From: Octopus bimaculoides
Lineage: Eukaryota
Assembly (NCBI RefSeq): GCF_001194135.2
Contig: NC_068985.1
Coordinates: 63,403,672 to 63,462,898, forward strand
Direction: 5' to 3'
Length of the DNA stretch: 59,227 nt
This document shows positions 1-59,227 of this stretch, one piece after another; positions within the stretch are counted from its first letter, which is position 1, and the number at the start of each line of letters is the position of its first letter. The position numbers were made by a program, and so were the translations under genes. The notes beneath the pieces are model-generated. The model saw only the letters and a program-made list of their open reading frames with translations, did not search any database and was not told the DNA's origin.

Positions 1-305
1 TACGATGAATGCGGTGCCTAGTAATGCTATTTTCTGTATGTTATATATACTTGTTAGTCCTGGTGTTTTTGTTATGTATTTGTCTGAATATTTTTTTTAT
101 CATACCTAACGCACCTACTATGATAAGAATTGTTTCTGTTTTCAGACTCCACATTCAAATTACCATTATTTCCAGGTCTTTGTATTTTGAAAGATTCTCT
201 GTTCCTTTCAGACAAACGTTGTCATCTGTTGGTATTGATACATCGATTAGAGAGCATTTTTCTTGATGATCTCTGACAACTATATCCGGCCTATTGGCCT
301 TAATT
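1..305 (-). repeat. Apparently identical duplicate of 734-1055 (Dong RLE fragment)
   Basis: Same sequence wherever both copies are called; both lie next to N-gaps. Confidence 0.8.
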
Positions 306-432
306 TNNNNNNNNNNGAAACTCCTCTCCCCACCCCCTCGGAAAAATTCTTTCCCATAAATCCCTATATACTATGAATTCACAACATCTAATCGGTATTT
401 GTTAAAAAGTATCCATTTTTCTGGACGTTATG

Positions 433-559
433 AGGCAACATAACGTTCTGAGTTAAAATTCCGCCGAGGTCGACTTTGCCTTTCAAACTTTCTGGGCCGA
501 TAAATTAAGTACCCTAACCCTCCCCATAAATTTCAGGCCTTGTGCCTATAGTAGAAAGG

Positions 560-610
<51 letters not shown>

Positions 611-640
611 GTTGTTGTTGTTGTTGTTGTTGTTGTTATT
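433..640 (+). mobile_element. SINE type 1, 5'-truncated, with (ATT)n(GTT)n tail
   Basis: acgttctgagttaaaattccgccgaggtcgactttgcctttc body. Confidence 0.8.
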
Positions 641-1285
641 CACTGCACTACCGAGCGCAGCTCTGTATGCCTTGGGTATGTACTGTGATTTGTTGTGATG
701 CTCTTATTTTTACTGTATTGAAAGTGTTTTACGTACGATGAATGCGGTGCCTAGTAATGCTATTTTCTGTATGTTATATATACTTGTTAGTCCTGGTGTT
801 TTTGTTATGTATTTGTCTGAATATTTTTTTTATCATACCTAACGCACCTACTATGATANNNNNNNNNNNNNNNNNNNNNNNNNNNNNNNNNNNNNNNNNN
901 NNNNNNNNNNNNNNNATTTCCAGGTCTTTGTATTTTGAAAGATTCTCTGTTCCTTTCAGACAAACGTTGTCATCTGTTGGTATTGATACATCGATTAGAG
1001 AGCATTTTTCTTGATGATCTCTGACAACTATATCCGGCCTATTGGCCTTAATTTCATTATCTGTGTGTATTGGCATATCCTAGAGTATGGTTGCTTTCTC
1101 ATTTTCTGTAACCTTTTCTGGTGTGTGCCTACACCATCTTTTTTCTGTTGTTATTCCATAGTGCTGGCATAACTTCCAGTGTACAAAGATCCCAACTCTG
1201 TCGTGTCTGTGAATATATTTCTTCTTAGCCAGGACTGGGCAGCTAGAGACTATATGGTTTATTGTTTCTTCTTTTCTTTGTAGTT
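641..1285 (-). mobile_element. R4/Dong-type LINE, lineage A, 3' fragment (RLE domain and 3' UTR)
   Basis: ANRPDIVVRD...LIDVSIP...KYKDLE. The 3' UTR matches 22740-22815 and runs into (AAC)n(AAT)n. Confidence 0.85.
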
Positions 1286-3400
1286 GACTTTTCGTGATCG
1301 GAATTCATTAGCACTCTCAACTCCATTGTTGGAAAATCCTTCTGCTTTAGCAGTATACTGTAGCATGTCTTGTTTGCTATCTACCAAATATTCTACCATG
1401 TTTCTTCTTTCTTCTTTCACTGTTGATGCACTCCCGTACGCTAATCAGCCCACGTCAACTTTTACATCTCTTCATGTAGATCCTCTGTAAGTTCGCCTTA
1501 GGGTGGAGGGTACTATGCATTGTCATTGTATTTCGAGTAGTGTGATCGAGTTGGTTAATCTCCACTCATGATCTTTTCAGGATGGGTGTACTATAGCGGA
1601 CTACAGCAGCAGCCCATTTGTTCCTTGAAATGGGTTTTTGATTTCAAGAGAAGTCTGAGGCGCTTCAAATATGCAGTGATGATTTTGTCTTACATTTCTC
1701 TATGCAAATATTGTCCCGCGCCATGATCTCAAGGTAGTTGTACCCATCATCATCTGGGCCTTCCATTGGCTCTTTGTTTGACAATTCTATGCGCCTACAA
1801 TCCGATCTTTTACCCTCGTTTTAAAGCGAGCACCGCACACTTCGAGATACCGAATTCTATCCCTATATACTCGCTGCACTTCTGCACAGTCTCAGCTAGC
1901 CTCTCCATTTCAGGTTCTGTTTTAAATCATCCACGAACAGAAGGTTGTTGAAACGAGGTCCATTCTTTCTCAGCTCATAGTGTGCGTTGACTTTGAGTAG
2001 GACTATAGAAAGTGGGATCAAGGCTATAACAAATAAAAAGGTGAGTCTCCGTATCTACCACAAGGTGGTCCTTCATGCCTTTGGATCCTTTTCGGCATCC
2101 CTTTTGTTCTATTGGAAGTAGATTGTTTTCTGCAAGGAACATATGTATTTTCCCTGCGAGGATGCCTGTTAACACTCTCCATAAGACGTTAAGACAAGCA
2201 ATGGGTAGGTGATTGCCAGTTTGGCAGTTTTGATACTTGTGCAATTACATCTTCCGTTGTTATGCGTACATGGTCCTGTCGTTGAGACTCCGGGTGATGG
2301 AGTTCGGATCTCACGGAATGAATCCACTCAGCATCGGTTGTAGTAAACTTCTTGCCCCCAGATGTTATTCCAAAATTCGCGGGTTTCCTCTGCTTCAGGA
2401 AGTATGTTATCTTCTGTATCTCCTCCTAAGCTCTTAAAAAAACTGCCTCTGGTTATTTGAGAAGAACCTATTTTACTGGAACTGCGATATGCAATCAGTG
2501 CAGCGTTGCACCTTTAATGTTTTTTTCCCGTACACGTTGTTTCGATGACGGTTTTGAACCCTTTCTTTTCTATTTGGTATTTTGCGTCAAGATATGCCCT
2601 TGCATCTTTTGTTTTTTAGCATTTTTCCATTGCCCTTTGAACTATTCTTCTTTGCGACTCAGATCTTTACGCAAAGTTTTAATATCGTCTTCAATTCTCC
2701 GCTTCCACCATGGTTCCTTCTGTCCTTCTGCTTTCCTCTCTTTCTTTCCCACTAGTTCATTTTCTAAAATTGAAGTGGATCTGATCAAGTCCCTTGTTTC
2801 TGTTAATCTTTTGCTGGAATGTATTTCAGAATCTCATCAACCTTTTGGATCGCGCGTTTCACATTGTTATGGTTGGAGCTTCTTAAATTCACCGGCTTGA
2901 TTTCTCTTCTTGTAACCATTATATCATCGAGTCTTATCCTGAGGTTTCTCTGTTCCTCAGTCATATCCTCACGTAATATAGGGTTCTCCACATTATATTG
3001 ATTGGCAGACCTCTCCTTTATTACAACTTTACCTTGCCTACGCATTCGCTGATCTTCACCTACACTATCCTCCGCGAGATTATCACCACTACGGAGTCTT
3101 TTACTGATTGTCTGAATCTGGGCCTTATTAAGAAAGCCTCAATTCCGAATTATTCATATCTATTTCATGAGCCCATATTCAGTAATCTAGAACATACCCA
3201 GCTGGTGCCAAAGTTCTAACGATTTTTTCCCGATAGCTTTACATTTGCCATTGTTCTTGTTTAGCAAGGCTTGTTCATGACACTTAATTTTCTTTTTGTT
3301 CATATCAACAGACCACTTGCGTTTGCGAGCACGAGTACCCGATCTTGTTTGCATCCTGTTGTCAGGGGTCTGTCTCACAGGGTCAATTTCCGTTGTTAAT
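1286..3400 (-). mobile_element. R4/Dong-type LINE, lineage B, decayed and internally deleted
   Basis: N-terminal RKRKWSVDMNK...W...GMF; RT fragment PIACLNVLWRVLTGIL...EQKGCRKGSKGMKDHL; post-RT LHPKANLQRIYMKR. Confidence 0.75.
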
Positions 3401-3520
3401 TATCGTGGGATAATATCGTATTAGTTGTTGATTATCGTGGGAGACATTTAACATCCAAGTACCAATCTCAAAATCCTAACTGTCCCCCACTTTTTTTTTT
3501 TAGATTGGTACTTGGATGTT

Positions 3521-3724
3521 AGGCGGCGAGCTGGCAGAATTGTTAGCATACCGGGAAAAATGCTTAGCAGCATTTCGTCTGTCTTTACGTTTTGAGTTCA
3601 AATTTCACTGTGGTCGACTTTGCCTTTCATCCTTTCGTGGTCAATAAAATAAGTATCAGTTGAGCACTGGGTTCGATGTAATTGACTTACCACCAAAATT
3701 GCTAACCTTCTGCCAAAATTTGAA

Positions 3725-3772
<48 letters not shown>
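3521..3772 (+). mobile_element. Octopus tRNA-derived SINE type 1 (ggcggcgagctggcagaat head), full length with (CTA)n tail
   Basis: A-box-like tggcagaat and B-box-like gagttcaaatt. Body shared with the copies at 433, 8636, 10412, 12485 and 42420-42875. Confidence 0.85.
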
Positions 3773-3773
<1 letters not shown>

Positions 3774-4164
3774 TTGGGGTCGATGCAGTCGACTAACCCC
3801 CTCACTGCCCAAATTTCAGTCCTTATACCTAGAAAAAAATTATCACTTATTGGAATGTTTCTCTCTAGCCGATTTCATAAGGGTGCGAAATTTTTCGCTG
3901 ATTTTTCTTCGAGTAAAAGTATATTATATTAAACATTATTTGAAATGTGTAATATTAAACCTTTTACATTAAGCCATAGAAACTTAGCAGGAATAGTAAT
4001 GATAGAATCCTTTATCTAAAGCAAGCGATGTGTGGTTTACAAGAATTAAATGAAGGCTTTGGGATGTTATCAACATCTGGAGAAAATCTAAACTATAAGA
4101 AAATTAGAATTGAGTGGACAATTGAGTCATTCTCTGCGTTCTTAGCGATAATAAATAGTTTTAC

Positions 4165-55224
<51,060 letters not shown>

Positions 55225-56053
55225 CTGAAATATAGCAAATGTAGACAGGGGAATTAGATATGAGTGAGGAAGAGACATTCACTCATTCTTCTGTGACATA
55301 ATTTAATCATGGTACAAACATATTATGCTAGTCTTCAGCTTCTAATTTGTTAGACCGTAGCAATATGCAATACTTCAAATTCCGTTTTCCTAAATCTTCT
55401 TCTACTCACAGCACTACAACATACTAGCGGGGCCGATATCTTCTCATGATCGTTTAACCATGAAGCCTGTATCGCATTCTTTTAGTCATTGCAATTATTG
55501 ATGACTGAAATATCTTCAATTTGTTAAATCAAAGTTATCTGCTCAACTCTTTGTGATTCGAAGATGGCTACAATTAAAAAGTTTTCATGAGAGGGGAGAA
55601 AAGTCCCTCAGAAAGATATATATGTATGCACGCATGTATGTATGTTGCTGAAGAGATTGCTCGAGAATTAGACGAGAGTTAAAAATAACCTATTTCACTC
55701 ATTTGTTTCGTAAAGATAAATGGCTAGTCAAACAAACTATTTTTAAACCAGCGGAATTTTTCGAGATAGCCGAAAATTCGAGAAAACACGGAATATTACC
55801 TCACTACGTGTTATAGATACTGGACAATTAAATTTAGTCCTACAATCTTAAACAGCATAACATACTGGTCACTCTATCACCTACTGACGACGATAGTACA
55901 TAAAATTTTATTGACAAATTTCCACTAGAAACTTGGGTTCATGTCCAGGCGAAGGATATATAAAATGTGTCTCAATGCGTGTAACTTGATTTATTTTTCT
56001 ACATGACATTTCATATATGCGCGTAGGTTTCTGTATGCATATGTATATACGTA

Positions 56054-57612
56054 CAGTAGGGGGAAATAAATATTCGTACATGTCAAAATTCTTTATTTAT
56101 TTAATTTATAATGAACATAAATGGGATACTATATTTGCATACACATGCATAAACTAAGAATATGCAAAAGAAACTCATAGATTATAGTAACTAAGGAATT
56201 TATATACAATTATAAATATTTAGGGGTGAAAAAAGTATTCGTACAGAATAAATTTATGAGTTTCTATGCCACAAAATACTGTTAAAATATTTTTTTTTAC
56301 TAGAACTTTCTCGTTTGTTCCAATAATCTTATCAGTGGTCATTTTTAAATGTCAAAACGCTAGCTTCTTCATTCAGCACTGAGACAACATAAAGTAGTGT
56401 CGTAATAATGGCAAAAAGTAAAGAACTCACAAATTCAGTGAAAAACTTAATTATTGAACAGTGGAAAGCAGGTAAAAGTTACAGGAAAATATCAGAGATC
56501 CTTTGTAATCCATTTTCTCAAATATCTTCATTTATTCAAAGATATAAAAAATCGAGAACTGTTGAAAGCAGAATAAGATCCGGTGCACCACACAAGATTT
56601 CCCCTATATCTTTAAGAAAAATGAAGTGAAGTGTCGAAAAAAACGCAATGATCACCGGAAAGGAGTTGCAAGAAAATTTGTTAGCTTCAGGGACTATGAA
56701 CAATCAGCAATGAACTTCTCCTAGAAAACTCCACTGTTGACTAAAAGGCATAGAGATGCCCGTTTAAAATTTGTTTATGAAAATAAAGATAAATCTGATA
56801 CATTTTGGGAAAATGTTCTTTGGACAGACGAGTCGAAAATTGGATTGTTTGGACGAAATTCGCGTAGCCATGTTTGGAGGAAAGATGGTACCACCTATTC
56901 GCCGAAAAACACAATTCCTACTGTAAAGTTTGGAGGTGGAAACATCACTGTATTGGGGTGTTTCTCTGCAAATGGCACTGGCAATTTACATGTGATAGAT
57001 GGTAGAATGAATGCAGAGATGTACCAAAATATTTTGAACAATAATTTATGGGACTCTGTTGAAAAGCTCCAGCTTTGTGAAGGGTGGGTTTTACAACAGG
57101 ATAACGACCCTAAGCACACGGCGAAGTCTACCAAAGATAGATTATCAATCACAATATGAAAATTATTAGAATAGCCAAGCCAGTCACCTGACTTGAACCC
57201 CATTGAAAATTTGTGGCGTTATCTGAAAATTAAAATTCATTCAAGAGTCCCAGTGTGCATTCCAGATTTGAAGAAAATTTGTCAAGAAGAATGGGAAAAA
57301 ATTCCTAAAGAAACGTGCGAGTCATTGATTAAGAACTACAAGAAGAGATTGGTTGAAGTGGAACTGAATAATGGTTATGCTACGAAGTATTAAATCAGAA
57401 TTATTTATGTTCTGTACGAATACTTTTTTCACCCCTAAATATTTATATTTGTATATAAATTCCTTAGTTACTATAATTTATTAGTTTCTTTTGCATATTC
57501 TTAGTTTATATATATGTATGCAAATAGAGTATGGGTATATCTCATTTATGTTCATTAGAAATTAAATAAAGAAAGAATTTTGACATGTACGAATATTTAT
57601 TTCCCCCCATTG
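56054..57612 (+). mobile_element. Tc1 (DD34E) transposon with about 200-bp IR-DR termini
   Basis: TA flanks, long TIRs and an internal direct repeat (aa..tattcgtaca outer and inner). Motifs [16 protein letters not shown] and [11 protein letters not shown], with stops and frameshifts. Confidence 0.95.
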
Positions 57613-57807
57613 TATATAGATATACACATATCTATAAGCAATGCTTATCGCCACTTCAATATAGCTGTTCCGTAAGAACCGACGTTACTACCATTTTTAA
57701 CCGTAGGAGGAGCCTCTTCCAGCTGGTTATCGATGCAATCTGCATCCGATATGTATTGTAGGCATGGGAGCGAACTCCTACCATCTTCTAGTGGCAGCGA
57801 CGGGAAC

Positions 57808-57851
57808 ACCAGACCGTTCGATTTCGAGCTATTTGTGCTTATTCTCAGTGG
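57808..57851 (-). ncRNA. Degenerate hammerhead ribozyme (repeat unit A)
   Basis: Minus strand reads cca CTGAGAA t aagc acaaata gctc GAAA tcgaacgg TC tgg. It has G8>A, a stem II mismatch and a broken P3 palindrome. Confidence 0.7.
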
Positions 57852-58152
57852 TCCGCTAGAGATGGCAGTAATCCACTCCAGCTTATAGAAAAATAAGTGA
57901 CAACCAGTCACTGATCTTATAACAAGCCAAATAGTTAGTTTTAAAATCTGTATGAGAGATAAAAGTAATAACTATACTGAGAAGTAATGTTTATCACCAC
58001 TTCAATATAACTGTTCCGTAGGTACCGACGTTACAACCATTTTAAACTTCGAGAGGAGACTCTTCCAGCAGGTTTTCGATGTAATCTATACCTAATATAT
58101 ATTGCAAGCAGGGGAGTGAACCCCTACCATATTCTAGCGGCGGTGACGGGAT

Positions 58153-58199
58153 CACCAGACCGTACGATTTCGAGCTGTTTGTGCTCATCCTCAGTGGTG
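58153..58199 (-). ncRNA. Type I hammerhead ribozyme (repeat unit B)
   Basis: Minus strand reads cacca CTGAGGA t gagc acaaaca gctc GAAA tcgtacgg TC tggtg. All core positions are intact, with one extra U between A9 and G10.1. GUC cleavage site. Stem I extends via tctagcgg/ccgctaga. Confidence 0.85.
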
Positions 58200-59039
58200 G
58201 ACACTCAACCGCTAGAGAAAGCAGTAATCCGCTCCAGTTCGCAATATATAGAAAAATAAGTGACAACAAGGTAGGATCAAATAACTGGCAGAAAAGTAGC
58301 TTCTGACGGTACAACATTATAGCCTCTGCTTTGAATGCTAGGCTGCTTTTGTTGTAACTTGACGAATAAAGCAAGTAAGTTACCAAAATATCGCAACACT
58401 CTTGACTCAACGCGTGCGCGCACACACACACACAAATATATATATATATATCGCTTAAGTATTTCGAGACTAATAATTTGGTGAAAAACTCAATACACAT
58501 ATGCTTCAGAATGAAGCGCTAGTCAAGTACAAAGTAGTAGTAAGAAAGTGAGATGACAAAGAAATAAACGATTATCAAATAAATTTTATTAGCTATATGA
58601 TTTCTGCTATAAGATGTAGTGGACTCATAGTTAAGTGCTTCAGTAGCACACTATAGCTTTAGAGCCTCAAAAATGAAATGCAATTTATTTAAGAAATAAA
58701 TTTCATTTAATTTTCAAGGCTCCAGTTAGGCTACAAGGTGCTATTGAGGCGCTCAGCTATGAGTCCACTGCATCTTATAGCAGAAACAGCTGTAAGCTAA
58801 TGTAATTCATATGATAATCGTTTATTCTTTTGTCATCTCACTGTCTTACTATATATATTTGGAGAACGACGCGTTAATGTCCAGTCGTTTGATGAATAGA
58901 AATATCTGCTTATTGAATTGGTGTGTGAGTATTCTACAGGCATATATATCCTAAACATAAATTCAAAGCTGCACTTTTGAATTAATGTTCAGGCCATTCA
59001 GTGAGCTTCTACACAATTTCCACTCTATTTCATTTTGTA

Positions 59040-59125
59040 AGTATGGGCGATCAGTGGCTGTGATAACGCTTGTCCAAGATGCTACGCAGTGGGATTGAAA
59101 CCGTGATCTTCACGGTTGCAAAGCT
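59040..59125 (-). mobile_element. SINE type 2, degraded head
   Basis: ttcaatcccactgcgtagcatcttggacaag. Confidence 0.55.
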
Positions 59126-59227
59126 ACCTATATATATCCATATATATACATATTTGTATGTACACACACACACACACATACATATTTATAATATATATAT
59201 ATAAACTATATGTGTGTGTATATATAT

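Larger units (their letters stand above)
57636..58330 (-). repeat. Two-unit 346-bp diverged tandem repeat with one hammerhead per unit (retrozyme or PLE pseudo-LTR-like)
   Basis: aagcaatgcttatcgccacttcaatatagctgttccgta (57636) aligns with aagtaatgtttatcaccacttcaatataactgttccgta (57982). Alignment continues to aaaaataagtgacaac. Confidence 0.9.

Noticed and set aside
1-1055. Duplicated 85-90 aa ORF (9-266 and 742-1014) as a gene pair
   Set aside because: It is the antisense reading of a Dong RLE fragment. Identical copies beside gaps suggest an assembly overlap.
3521-3610. SINE heads as tRNA genes
   Set aside because: A and B boxes are present but there is no cloverleaf, and they continue into SINE bodies.
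57645-58500. Paralogous minus-strand ORFs (88 and 152 aa) as a duplicated gene or the missing signal-peptide exon
   Set aside because: The units differ by indels and stops, there is no suitable phase-1 donor, and conservation centres on the ribozyme fold.

Overview
AT-rich, gapped eukaryotic genomic DNA. The SINE families and dense microsatellites point to an octopus/cephalopod draft scaffold (inference). The ORF track mostly reflects N-gaps, microsatellites and antisense readings of transposons. (1) A host gene runs on the minus strand across the window. I found six phase-compatible GT-AG exons (55092-55224, 52661-52839, 19865-20002, 12674-12721, 11648-11680, 4165-4251), including two micro-exons. 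They splice into one 618-nt open frame encoding an Ig V-type domain plus a W-x2-W-x2-C-x2-C-G motif, resembling FAM187A. (2) The introns, one of them 32.7 kb, are packed with decayed mobile elements: at least four R4/Dong-type RLE LINE lineages, two Tx1 LINEs, a Hero LINE, Penelope-like fragments, two Tc1 elements, an Hsmar1-like mariner, a Helentron-type non-autonomous element, solo-LTR-like inserts and many tRNA-derived SINEs. Many of these sit at (TAA)n tracts. (3) The most interesting signal is self-cleaving RNA. There is a canonical type I hammerhead ribozyme in a Penelope terminal region (6222-6307, +). There is also a 346-bp tandem repeat carrying one hammerhead per unit (57636-58330, -), which resembles a non-LTR retrozyme and is oriented sense to the host gene. 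No CRISPR, rRNA or bona fide tRNA genes were seen. All calls are by eye; no database search was run.
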